64,000 nt of DNA. It comes from a candidate division FCPU426 bacterium (lineage in GTDB: Bacteria > Oederibacteriota > JAAXVQ01 > JAUVAV01). The stretch is taken from positions 192,001 to 256,000 of the forward strand of contig JBFLYH010000001.1 in NCBI GenBank assembly GCA_040756875.1. The letters are read 5' to 3'. Under the pieces are notes generated by a model. It made no database searches. It saw only the letters and a program-made list of their open reading frames with translations, and was not told where the DNA came from. This document shows positions 18,943 to 27,853 of the stretch, in pieces; positions within the stretch are counted from its first letter, which is position 1, and each line of letters starts with the position of its first letter. A program made the translations under genes and the position numbers.

Positions 18943-19866
18943 ATGAGAACCCTTGCGGTCCTGTGGCTGCTTGGTTGCCTGCTGGGAGGCCCGGCCCTCG
19001 CCGGAGCGAAAACGCTGCGGGTGGTCACCACCTTGTTTCCCTGGTTCGATTTTGCGCGAACCATCGGCCAGGACCAGGCGGAGGTCAGCCTGCTGCTGCC
19101 ACCGGGCGTGGAGGCCCATACCTATGCCCCCACGCCGCGGGATTTGGAGCGCATCGCACAGGCGGATGTGTTCATTTACTCCGGGCCGTCCATGGAACCG
19201 TGGGTGGAGGACCTGCTGGCCGGCTTGCAACTGAAACATACGCGGGTGGTCAATGTCAGCGAGGGGGTCAAAGCCGGCGCGTCCGCCGAACCGCACGCCG
19301 GGGGGATTGAACACTCCGGCCATGACAACGGACCTGATCCGCACTTCTGGCTCGACCCGCAACTGGCCAGCCAGGCAGTGACGGTGATCGAGCAAGCCCT
19401 GTCGGCCCAAGCGCCCGACCAGGCGAAAGTATTTCACCTTCATGCCGGGGCTTTACGCCGTGAGCTGGCGTCGCTTGATGCTGAAATCGCCCAGGGCTTG
19501 CAACAGTGCCGGAGCCGGGAACTGGTCAGCGCCGGACACAGCGCCTTCGCCTATTTCGCCCGGCGGTATCATCTGCACATGCATGCGGCATATCCCGGTT
19601 TCTCGCCCAATGCCGAACCGTCGCCCCGCGCCCTGGCCCATCTGGTTGAAGACATCCGCCGTCTGGGAGTTCGCACGATATTTTACGAGGAATTGATCGA
19701 ACCCCGCGTGGCCCGCGCCCTGGCCGCGGAGACTGGTGTGGCCATGCTGCCGTTGCACGGAGCCCACAACCTCTCGGCCGCAGACCGCGAACGCGGCCTG
19801 ACGTATCTGCAGCTCATGCGCGAAAACCTACGCCGCCTGAAACAAGGATTGGGGTGCGAACCATGA
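18943..19866 (+). CDS. znuA: Zinc ABC transporter substrate-binding protein
   Basis: EAHTYAPTP, His loop, DPHFWLDP and HSAFAYFA. Confidence 0.85.
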   Translation: MRTLAVLWLLGCLLGGPALAGAKTLRVVTTLFPWFDFARTIGQDQAEVSLLLPPGVEAHTYAPTPRDLERIAQADVFIYSGPSMEPWVEDLLAGLQLKHTRVVNVSEGVKAGASAEPHAGGIEHSGHDNGPDPHFWLDPQLASQAVTVIEQALSAQAPDQAKVFHLHAGALRRELASLDAEIAQGLQQCRSRELVSAGHSAFAYFARRYHLHMHAAYPGFSPNAEPSPRALAHLVEDIRRLGVRTIFYEELIEPRVARALAAETGVAMLPLHGAHNLSAADRERGLTYLQLMRENLRRLKQGLGCEP

Positions 19867-20624
19867 GCGTACGCCTGGACAACCTGGTGGTCCAGTACGG
19901 GTCCGTGTCTGTCCTGGACCACGTAAACCTGGAGATCCCGACGGGCGCTTATGTGGGCATCGTGGGGCCCAATGGGTCGGGCAAAACCACACTCATCAAA
20001 GCCATCCTGGGGTTGACGCCGAAAACCTCGGGCCGCATCGAATTGCTCGGCCGGCCGCTGGAGCAATTCGACCAGTGGCAGCGCGTGGGTTACCTCCCTC
20101 AATTCATGCCGCTGGCGCGCCAGGGATTCCCGATCCGGGTGCGGGAAGTTGTGGCCATGGGCAGGCTCGCCAACCGGCCTTTTCCGCGGCGTCTGCGACC
20201 GCCGGACCGCACGGCCGTTGCGGACATTTTGCGCGAGCTGAAAATCTCGGACTGGCAGCACCAGGAATTCGGCAGCCTGTCCGGCGGCCAGCGCCAGCGG
20301 GTGCTCCTGGCCCGCGCCCTCGTTTCCCACCCGGATTTGCTGATTCTCGACGAGCCGACCGCGGCGCTTGATCCAGAAACCCGGATCGTTTTTTACCGGA
20401 TTCTGGAGGACTTGAACCGGCGGCTCGGGACCACGATCCTCCTCATCACGCACGAAAGCGGCACCATCGGGCAATTTGCCCAGCGGCTGCTGTATCTGGA
20501 CCGCAAAGTCATCTTCTACGGCGGTTTCAAGGATTTTTGCCTGTCACGGGAAATGACGAATTACTTCGGGGATTTCGCCCAGCACATCATCTGCCACCAG
20601 CACCAGGAAGGACAGGGTTCCTAA
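19863..20624 (+). CDS. znuC: Zinc ABC transporter ATP-binding protein
   Basis: [18 protein letters not shown] and LDEPT; C-terminal HIICHQH. Confidence 0.85.
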   Translation: MSVRLDNLVVQYGSVSVLDHVNLEIPTGAYVGIVGPNGSGKTTLIKAILGLTPKTSGRIELLGRPLEQFDQWQRVGYLPQFMPLARQGFPIRVREVVAMGRLANRPFPRRLRPPDRTAVADILRELKISDWQHQEFGSLSGGQRQRVLLARALVSHPDLLILDEPTAALDPETRIVFYRILEDLNRRLGTTILLITHESGTIGQFAQRLLYLDRKVIFYGGFKDFCLSREMTNYFGDFAQHIICHQHQEGQGS

Positions 20625-21430
20625 TGGCGGAATTTTGGCATTTGGGATTCATGCAAAGGGCGTTGATCGCCGGCGCGCTGATCGCCGTGGCGTGCTCTTT
20701 GCTCGGCGTGTTTCTGGTTTTGAGGCGGCTTTCGCTGATCGGCGAAGGACTGGCGCATTTCGCCTTTGGGACCATCGGGCTGGGGCTGCTCCTCAACATC
20801 TATCCCTTCCCTTTGACGCTGGTGCTGGTCGTGATCGCTTCCTGGGGAATCCTGTATCTGATGGACAAGACCAACGTTTATGCGGATGCGGCCATTGGCC
20901 TGGTTTCGGCGCTGGGAGTGGCTTTGGGGGTGATCCTGGCCAGCAAGGGCCGCGGATTCAACGTGGATTTGTTCAGCTATCTTTTTGGAGACATTCTGGC
21001 CGTGACGCCCGGCGAGGCCTGGATCGCGGGCGGCCTGTCCCTGGCCGTCACCGCCACGGTGGCCCTGTTTTATCATGACCTGTTGGCCGTGACGTTTGAC
21101 GAGGAGTTTGCGCGCACCCAGGGGCTTTCGGTCCGTCGCCTGAATCAGTTCCTGGTCACGCTGACCGCCCTGACGATCGCCCTGGGCATCCGGGTGGTGG
21201 GCACCCTGCTGGTGGCCAGCCTGATGATTTTTCCGGCTGTGACCGCCCTGCAGCTGGCGAGGGGCTTCAAGGCCGTGCTTCTGGCTGCCGCGGGCACGGC
21301 GCTGGTTTCCGTGGCCGCGGGCATCCTGTTGTCTTATGTGCTGGATTTGCCGGCCGGCGCCAGCATCGTGCTGGCCAATTTCGTCCTGTTTTTGGGCGCC
21401 GCGTCCTGGCGCCTGATCGCGCGCCGCTGA
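20624..21430 (+). CDS. znuB: Zinc ABC transporter permease
   Basis: LGVFLVLRRLSLIGEGLAH, YLFGDIL and VVGTLLV; TAATG coupling with znuC. Confidence 0.85.
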   Translation: MAEFWHLGFMQRALIAGALIAVACSLLGVFLVLRRLSLIGEGLAHFAFGTIGLGLLLNIYPFPLTLVLVVIASWGILYLMDKTNVYADAAIGLVSALGVALGVILASKGRGFNVDLFSYLFGDILAVTPGEAWIAGGLSLAVTATVALFYHDLLAVTFDEEFARTQGLSVRRLNQFLVTLTALTIALGIRVVGTLLVASLMIFPAVTALQLARGFKAVLLAAAGTALVSVAAGILLSYVLDLPAGASIVLANFVLFLGAASWRLIARR

Positions 21431-21434
21431 ACCT

Positions 21435-21764
21435 TCACCATTTCTTAAAAATGAAAAACACAGCCGAAACGATCAGCGAAAAACCCACCAGGTAATTCCA
21501 CTTCAGCTCTTCCTTCAAGTAAAACAATGAAAAGGCGCAAAAAACAACCAGCGTGATGACTTCCTGGATGGTTTTAAGCTGCGCCGCGGTGAATTGTCCG
21601 TGACCGATGCGGTTGGCAGGCACCATGAAACAGTATTCGAGAAATGCGATCAACCAGCTGACCACGATAACGAGCGGCAGAGGCGAGTCTTTGTACTTCA
21701 AATGTCCATACCAGGCGAAGGTCATGAAAATATTAGAAATGCTCAACAGCACAATGGTTTGCAT
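21435..21764 (-). CDS. DMT family small membrane protein (DUF486)
   Basis: SNIFMTFAWYGHLK, EYCFMVPANRIG and QLKTIQEVITL. Confidence 0.9.
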   Translation of the reverse strand: MQTIVLLSISNIFMTFAWYGHLKYKDSPLPLVIVVSWLIAFLEYCFMVPANRIGHGQFTAAQLKTIQEVITLVVFCAFSLFYLKEELKWNYLVGFSLIVSAVFFIFKKW

Positions 21765-21884
21765 CTGGACCTCGTTTGCAGACGTGGTGACTGGGATGGG
21801 AAGAAATGGCCAATACCTTAACGGGGGAAAGGCGGAATGGCAATCGTTATTTGAAAAAAATATCGGAAGGGCCGGAAGTTGGGA

Positions 21885-21913
21885 TTGACGCCCGCGAACC
21901 CGATCCGTATAAT
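21885..21913 (+). promoter_or_regulatory. Near-consensus sigma70 promoter for the DUF47-pit operon
   Basis: TTGACG - 17 bp - TATAAT. Confidence 0.75.
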
Positions 21914-21985
21914 GAGCCGCCGTTTATTGATGTAATGCTTGAGATGTATTCAAGTCCAGCCGAATGACCGTACGTTGGAGGCCGC

Positions 21986-22618
21986 ATGCTTTCGAGACTT
22001 TTCCCCAAAGAGACCCAGTTTGCCAAACACATGTTGTGTTTCGCCGATCACATCGAACAGGCGGCGGAGCGTTTCAGCGGTTTTATCCGCCAGTTCGATC
22101 CCGCCCACCTCGACGCCTGGGTGGAGTCGATCAAGGAACTGGAACACGCCTGCGATCTGAACACCCATCAAACCATGAATTGGCTGGAAAGCACCTTCAT
22201 CGTCAACTACGACCGGGAGGACATTTTGCGGCTGGCCGGGGACCTGGACGACATTCTGGATTTTATGGACGCGGCGGCTACCCGGATATCCCTGTACAAC
22301 TTCAAATCGTTCATCCCCGACATCATCCAGATGGCGGAAGTCCTCAACCAGGCCTGCAAGGAAACGGCCAAGGCGGTCCGCGCCATTGCGAGCCCCAAAC
22401 TGAACCGCAATGTCCTGGAAATTTGCCGGAACATCAAGAATTTCGAGGAACAGGGTGATGATATCTACCACCACGGCCTGGCCTCTTTATTCCGCGGCGG
22501 GATGGAACCGCTGGATGTCATCAAATTCAAGGAGATCATCGAGGAGATCGAACGGTCCCTCGACAAGTGCAACCAGACGGCCATGAACGTTGAATCCCTC
22601 ATTTTTAAATATGCCTAG
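21986..22618 (+). CDS. DUF47 / PhoU-like phosphate transport regulator
   Basis: IKELEHACD, DREDI..L...LDDILD and EEQGDDIY; sits directly upstream of pit. Confidence 0.85.
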   Translation: MLSRLFPKETQFAKHMLCFADHIEQAAERFSGFIRQFDPAHLDAWVESIKELEHACDLNTHQTMNWLESTFIVNYDREDILRLAGDLDDILDFMDAAATRISLYNFKSFIPDIIQMAEVLNQACKETAKAVRAIASPKLNRNVLEICRNIKNFEEQGDDIYHHGLASLFRGGMEPLDVIKFKEIIEEIERSLDKCNQTAMNVESLIFKYA

Positions 22619-22621
22619 CCT

Positions 22622-23659
22622 ATGACCGAATCCCTGCTGAATCTGCCGGTTTTTTTCTGGGTGGTTATTTTCGCCGCCTTGGCGTTCGATTTCGCCAACG
22701 GCTGGAATGACACGGCCAACGCCGTGGCCACGGTTATTTCCACCCGGGTTTTACGGCCAGGAGCAGCCATCATACTTTCGGCTGTATTGAATTTTATCGG
22801 AGCCTTGCTGTCCACCAAGGTAGCCAAAACCATCGGCGGCGGAATCATCAATCCGGCTGCAGTGCAAAACATTTCCGGCTCCTACGTCATCCTGGCGGCT
22901 ATGCTGGGCGCAGTGGCCTGGGTGGCCATTACCACCATAAAAGGGTTGCCGATCTCCGGGTCGCATTCGCTGATCGGCGGGCTGATCGGCGCGGCGGTGG
23001 CCTTCTTCGGCTGGAAGGTCGTGGTGGTGGGCGGGATCATCAAAGTACTGGTAGCCATGCTCCTCTCGCCGGTCTTGGGTATGTTGCTGGGATTTATCGT
23101 GCTTAAACTGTCTTATAGGGTGGCCTCCTGGATGCGGCCGAACCGGGTCCAACGCGTTTTTTCGTGGATTCAAATTGGAACCGCATCGGCTATGTCGTTG
23201 ATGCATGGCCAAAATGACGCGCAGAAAGTCATGGGTGTGATCACGTTGTTGCTTTTTACCGGCGGATATTTCGGCGCCGCAGAGTTCAGCCAGGTGCAGG
23301 TGCCGATCTGGGTTATGCTGGCTTGCGGAATGGCTATGGCCCTGGGGACCGCCACCGGCGGGAAACCGGTGATTAAAACCCTGGGCAGCCGCTTGTCCCA
23401 TTTGCGGCCCATAGAAGGCGCGGCCGCCGAATCCGCGGCTTCCATTGTTCTGGAAGCCGCGGCTTCGCTCGGCGTGCCGGTATCGACCACACATACCATC
23501 ACCGGCAGTATCGTGGGCGTGGGCACGGCCAAACGCATGAAAGCGGTCAAGTGGGCCACGGGTTTCAAGATCGTCTATGCCTGGATCTTCACCCTGCCCA
23601 TCACCGCACTCGCAGCCGCCGGCTTCGCCTGGCTGATCCGTCTATTGCTGCCGCACTGA
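22622..23659 (+). CDS. pit: Inorganic phosphate transporter, PiT family
   Basis: NGWNDTANAVAT, GLPISGSH, HGQNDAQK and PVSTTH. Confidence 0.9.
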   Translation: MTESLLNLPVFFWVVIFAALAFDFANGWNDTANAVATVISTRVLRPGAAIILSAVLNFIGALLSTKVAKTIGGGIINPAAVQNISGSYVILAAMLGAVAWVAITTIKGLPISGSHSLIGGLIGAAVAFFGWKVVVVGGIIKVLVAMLLSPVLGMLLGFIVLKLSYRVASWMRPNRVQRVFSWIQIGTASAMSLMHGQNDAQKVMGVITLLLFTGGYFGAAEFSQVQVPIWVMLACGMAMALGTATGGKPVIKTLGSRLSHLRPIEGAAAESAASIVLEAAASLGVPVSTTHTITGSIVGVGTAKRMKAVKWATGFKIVYAWIFTLPITALAAAGFAWLIRLLLPH

Positions 23660-23837
23660 AATCCCGCCTTCCCTCCGGAGGCGGGCCACCTCCCGGCCTT
23701 GCCGTACTTTTGCCTTGTTCTCGCCTCGCAACCCCATTACAATACTGACACGGATCGCCGAGGATCACGATAGGAAACGTCCTGGGTCCGGAGAAACGCT
23801 CCGGAGGGGTAAAGCAGATGGTCGGGCCGCCATCTAA

Positions 23838-23951
23838 CAGGGTGCTGAGAAACCCAATATAAATTCCGCTGGCACCCTGTTACCCCAAGAAAAACCTCTG
23901 GCTTTTCTTGGGGTATTCCAGGCAATGCCAGCGACTATAGTCATCAGCCTG
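23838..23951. mobile_element. MITE-like element, family A copy 1 (degenerate)
   Basis: Flanked by CTAA on both sides; ends CAGGGTGCTGA...TCATCAGCCTG; internal hairpin TACCCCAAGAAAA...TTTTCTTGGGGTA; aligns by eye to the reverse complement of 32967-33096. Confidence 0.7.
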
Positions 23952-23994
23952 CTAAAACGCCGTTCTGGGCAGTTGGGTTATTTCGGGGGGTGCC

Positions 23995-25581
23995 ATGGCC
24001 AAAAATCTTTTCGAACGCTCCTGGCAGACGATCAAGGACTCGCTGACGCGCGCCGCAGAACGGGCCGAACGGCTGCGGGAACTGCAACATGCGGCCGACC
24101 GCGAATCGCTGACCGATCTCGTCAACCGCAAACTCAAGGGACGGCAGCTGATCCTGGCCTCCCACCGCGAACCTTATGTCCACATTTTGTCGGACGGAAA
24201 AGTTTCCTGGTACCGCTATGCCGGCGGGCTGACAATCGCCCTGGATTCCATGGCTGCGGCCTGCCAGGCGGTCTGGGTCTGCTGCGGGAGCGGCGAAACG
24301 GACTTCGCCGTGGCGGATGCCAAGGGTCTGGTCGCGGTCCCGCCCAACCGCCCGGCTTACCAGCTGCGGCGCCTGCTTCTTACCCCTGACGAGGAAAAAG
24401 GCTATTACGAGGGTTTTGCCAACGAAACCCTGTGGCCGCTGTGCCACGTGTGCTATATCCGCCCCCGGTTCGCGCCGGAAACCTGGCAGACCTATCAGGC
24501 CGTCAACCGCAAGTTCGCGGACGCCATCCTGGACATGGCCACGCCCGGCAGCATCGTGTTTCTGCAAGATTATCATTTGTGCCTGGTCCCTAAGTACCTG
24601 AAGGAAGCCCGCCCGGACCTGACCACGATCATGTTCTGGCACATTCCCTGGCCCAACCCGGAAATTTTCCGGATCTGCCCCTGGAAACGGGAAATTCTGG
24701 AGGGCTTGCTGGCCAATGATATTCTCGGGTTCCACGTGCAATACCACGCCGCCAATTTCATGGAAACCGTGGGACTGGAACTGGAAGCCCGGCTGGACTG
24801 GGAAAAGACGCAGATCATCCGCAACGAGTCCCAGACCAAGATCAGAGCATATCCCATTTCCATTGACTTTCAATCCATCTATCAGCAGGCGGATGCCCGC
24901 ACCACCACCCAGGCATGCCAACAGCTCGGCGCGTCGCTGGGACTGGAAGGGAAGAAGGTGCTGCTCGGCGTGGACCGCTTGGATTACACCAAGGGCATTC
25001 CCGAACGCCTCGACGCCCTGGACCGGCTGCTGGAAAACTATCCGGAGTACCGCGGCGCCATCGTGATGATCCAGATCGGCGTGCCCAGCCGCGCCAATCT
25101 GGAGGATTACCAGCAGGTGGTGCAGAAGATCGAATCCCGCTGCGACGAAATCAACGCCAAGTACGGTCAGGCGGGATGGAAACCGGTGATTTTTCAAAAA
25201 GGCCACCATGACTTCGACACCCTGATCCCGTTTTACAAACTGGCGGACGTCTGCATCGTGAGCTCGCTGCACGACGGGATGAACCTGGTGGCCAAGGAGT
25301 TTGTGGCCGCTTCCAGCAACGACCGCGGCGTGCTGCTGCTTTCCCGGTTCACGGGCGCCTCGCGGGAACTGGAACAGGCGCTCTTGATCAACCCCTATGA
25401 TCTGGAAAACTTCACGGCCGCGTTGCATCAGGCCCTGCAGATGCCGGTGGAGGAGCAAAAGCAGCGGTTGGGGCGCATGCGCCAGACTGTAGCCGAGCAG
25501 AATGTCTATCAATGGGCCCAGTTATTGTTCCAGGACGTCGTCAAGCTGGCCGAAGACACGGCCGTGACGGCCAAAGCCTAG
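23995..25581 (+). CDS. otsA: Trehalose-6-phosphate synthase
   Basis: AGGL, GYYEGFANETLWPLCH, QDYHL, FWHIPWP, GVDRLDYTKGI and DGMNLVAKEFV. Confidence 0.93.
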   Translation: MAKNLFERSWQTIKDSLTRAAERAERLRELQHAADRESLTDLVNRKLKGRQLILASHREPYVHILSDGKVSWYRYAGGLTIALDSMAAACQAVWVCCGSGETDFAVADAKGLVAVPPNRPAYQLRRLLLTPDEEKGYYEGFANETLWPLCHVCYIRPRFAPETWQTYQAVNRKFADAILDMATPGSIVFLQDYHLCLVPKYLKEARPDLTTIMFWHIPWPNPEIFRICPWKREILEGLLANDILGFHVQYHAANFMETVGLELEARLDWEKTQIIRNESQTKIRAYPISIDFQSIYQQADARTTTQACQQLGASLGLEGKKVLLGVDRLDYTKGIPERLDALDRLLENYPEYRGAIVMIQIGVPSRANLEDYQQVVQKIESRCDEINAKYGQAGWKPVIFQKGHHDFDTLIPFYKLADVCIVSSLHDGMNLVAKEFVAASSNDRGVLLLSRFTGASRELEQALLINPYDLENFTAALHQALQMPVEEQKQRLGRMRQTVAEQNVYQWAQLLFQDVVKLAEDTAVTAKA

Positions 25582-25592
25582 GGGCCGGCCGC

Positions 25593-26408
25593 ATGGCGCG
25601 CTGGTTTTTTACCTCCGTTGCAGGCCGCAAGCCGGCTCGGGACCTGGCAGCCTGGCAGGCGGCGCGGCCGCGGCTGCTGCTGCTGGATTTCGACGGCACG
25701 CTTTCGCCGATCGTCGCCTCGCCCGGCCGCGCACGGCTGGCGCCGGGCATGCGCCAGGTGCTGTCCTCCCTCGGCCGTTCGCAGGGCACGGCCGTCGCTC
25801 TTCTGAGCGGCCGCTCGCTGCCGGATCTCAAGCAACGGGTGGGCGTGCCCGGCCTCTATTACCTCGGCAATCACGGCGCCAGCGGCTACGGCGCGCCGGC
25901 TGTTTCACCCGCCAGGAGGGAACGGTCACGCCGGCTGGCTGCGGCACTGCGCCCCCTCCTGCGCCGCTGGCCCGGCGCCTTGCTGGAATCCAAAGGACTG
26001 GATCTGAGCCTGCATTACCGGCAGGTGGCGCCCAAACGGGTGGCCGGCCTGCTGACCGCGGCACGCGCCGCAGCGGCCGGCCACCCGTTTGATTTGCGCG
26101 ACGGCAAGAAAGTCCTCGAATTCCGCCTGCCCGGTGCGAGGGGCAAGGGCGACGCCGCCAACCGCCTGGCGCGGTCCCTGGCGCGCGGCTGGCGGCGCAC
26201 GGGCCTATGCCTGTGCCTGGGCGACGATGCCACCGACGAGGACGCCTTCGCCGCCATAAAACGCCTGGGCCCCCGGGCGCACAGTTTCAAAGTGGGCACC
26301 GGCCCGACTGTTGCGGACTACCGTCTGCGCGATGTCGGGGAAGTGGGCCGCCTTTTGCGGGCTTTGGCCGGTCCCGTGCAATCCACCACAGGCAGGAGGA
26401 CGCGATGA
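25593..26408 (+). CDS. otsB: Trehalose-6-phosphate phosphatase
   Basis: LDFDGTL, LSGR, GNHG, LHYR, GKKVLE and GDDATDEDAF. Confidence 0.92.
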   Translation: MARWFFTSVAGRKPARDLAAWQAARPRLLLLDFDGTLSPIVASPGRARLAPGMRQVLSSLGRSQGTAVALLSGRSLPDLKQRVGVPGLYYLGNHGASGYGAPAVSPARRERSRRLAAALRPLLRRWPGALLESKGLDLSLHYRQVAPKRVAGLLTAARAAAAGHPFDLRDGKKVLEFRLPGARGKGDAANRLARSLARGWRRTGLCLCLGDDATDEDAFAAIKRLGPRAHSFKVGTGPTVADYRLRDVGEVGRLLRALAGPVQSTTGRRTR

Positions 26409-27091
26409 ACAACCTGGATATTTTCTGGCTGAAACCCTGGATGACGTTCATGAACGACGCGACCGCGTTTGCGCCAAAGATCGTGGCCGCGGTGCTGGTG
26501 CTGCTGGCCGGGCTTTTTTTCGGCTGGCTGGTCAGGAGCCTGGCGCACCTGCTGTTCCGCTGGATCAAGCTCGACCAGAAGGCAGGGGAGATCTGGCTGT
26601 TCCGGCTGTGGTCGCGGAGCACCCACGGGCATCTCTTGTCCGATTCCGGCGCCAACTTTTTCTTCTACGCGGTGATGTACGCGGCCATCCTGCTCGCCGT
26701 CAGGTTCCTGGGGGTGGGCGATACCGTGCTGCGCGCGCTGCTGGATCTCGTGCCCCGGGTTTTCGGGTTCATCCTGATCCTGCTGCTGGGCGCGCTGATC
26801 GCGATGTTCCTGTCCATCCTGACCCAGCTTTTCCTGGCCACGACCCGGCTGCAACATCCGAACTTCTGGGGCAAGGTGATCGCCTGGAGCGTTTTCGGCG
26901 TGACTATGATTTACTCTCTGGAGCAGCTGGGCCTGGCCGGCCGGTTCCTTACGCTGGCGGTGTTCCTGGTCCTGGGCACGGCCGGCCTGGCCGGCGCCCT
27001 GGCCTTCGGACTGGGCTGCAAGGACCTGGCGCGCGAGTTTTTGATCGAGTTGCTCAAAGAGGAGCATGGAAAAAACGGAACCCAAGAGTGA
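26405..27091 (+). CDS. Membrane protein resembling the TM-helix region of small mechanosensitive channels (CmpX/MscS-associated)
   Basis: PKIVAAVLVLLAG and PRVFGFILIL TM repeats; LEQLG...ALAFGLGCKDLA. Confidence 0.7.
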   Translation: MNNLDIFWLKPWMTFMNDATAFAPKIVAAVLVLLAGLFFGWLVRSLAHLLFRWIKLDQKAGEIWLFRLWSRSTHGHLLSDSGANFFFYAVMYAAILLAVRFLGVGDTVLRALLDLVPRVFGFILILLLGALIAMFLSILTQLFLATTRLQHPNFWGKVIAWSVFGVTMIYSLEQLGLAGRFLTLAVFLVLGTAGLAGALAFGLGCKDLAREFLIELLKEEHGKNGTQE

Positions 27092-27845
27092 GCGCATGCC
27101 CGAGTCTTTTCATTTCCTGACCTCCATCCAGGCCATCGGGCTGACGGGCTTGCAGGCCCAGACCCTGGCCGAACTCTACCAGGGCCTGGAGCAGGTGGAC
27201 GGGTCCTCCATCTACCATCATACCTACCGTTTTTTGCGGTCCCTGCACTTCCTGCCGGACACCCCCCGCTCGGATTTCGCCTCCTGGCTCAGCGAGAAGC
27301 TGCGGGAGGAGGAGCTGGCCGAACAGATCGCCGTGCTGGACCTGCGCGCCTATCCCACGCTGCGGGACTTGCGGCAGGCGCTCCTCGCCATCATCGGCCG
27401 GGCGCGCAACGACCCGCGGCGCTGGACGCGCACTGCGCCGCCGGGAATGGAATTCCACTTTGGGCGTTCGACCAGCATCGTGCTTTCGACCGGCTACGAA
27501 GCGGCCGGCCAGCCTGAATTGGTGCACGCCCTGGAGCGGGTGGACGTGGGCAGCCTGTTTTTCCACCTGGTGGAGGCGCCGCTGCACCAGACCTCGCCCA
27601 GCCCCTGGAACAACGATTTCTCAGCCTGGCTGGACGGCCAGCTGCAACTGGGCGCCGAAGCCAAGGCGATCGCCGCGCTGGACGTCTACCAGCTGGATTT
27701 GGAAACCATCCGGGAGCGGATGATCGCCATTCTCGGCGGCAAAAAATGGCAACGCGCCTTCCGGCGCGCCCTAGACCGTCCCGGACCGTCCTCGCTGTCG
27801 CCCCTGGTGCGCGGCTGGCTGCGCCGGTTCAAATCCAACCCCTGA
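27066..27845 (+). CDS. DUF5752-type protein (two repeated SIYHH/SLFFH...DFxxW units)
   Basis: SSIYHHT...SDFASW and SLFFHL...NDFSAW duplicated motif; lies next to a TreT-like gene. Confidence 0.75.
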   Translation: MEKTEPKSERMPESFHFLTSIQAIGLTGLQAQTLAELYQGLEQVDGSSIYHHTYRFLRSLHFLPDTPRSDFASWLSEKLREEELAEQIAVLDLRAYPTLRDLRQALLAIIGRARNDPRRWTRTAPPGMEFHFGRSTSIVLSTGYEAAGQPELVHALERVDVGSLFFHLVEAPLHQTSPSPWNNDFSAWLDGQLQLGAEAKAIAALDVYQLDLETIRERMIAILGGKKWQRAFRRALDRPGPSSLSPLVRGWLRRFKSNP

Positions 27846-27853
27846 GGCTGCCC

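Noticed and set aside
23740-23833. Possible riboswitch in the otsA leader
   Set aside because: A few short stems exist, but I recognise no known aptamer consensus.
23944-25512. Long antisense ORFs (also 27686..29071, 37703..39412, 9975..11015 and others)
   Set aside because: Shadow frames of well-supported genes, expected at high GC, with no recognisable motifs.
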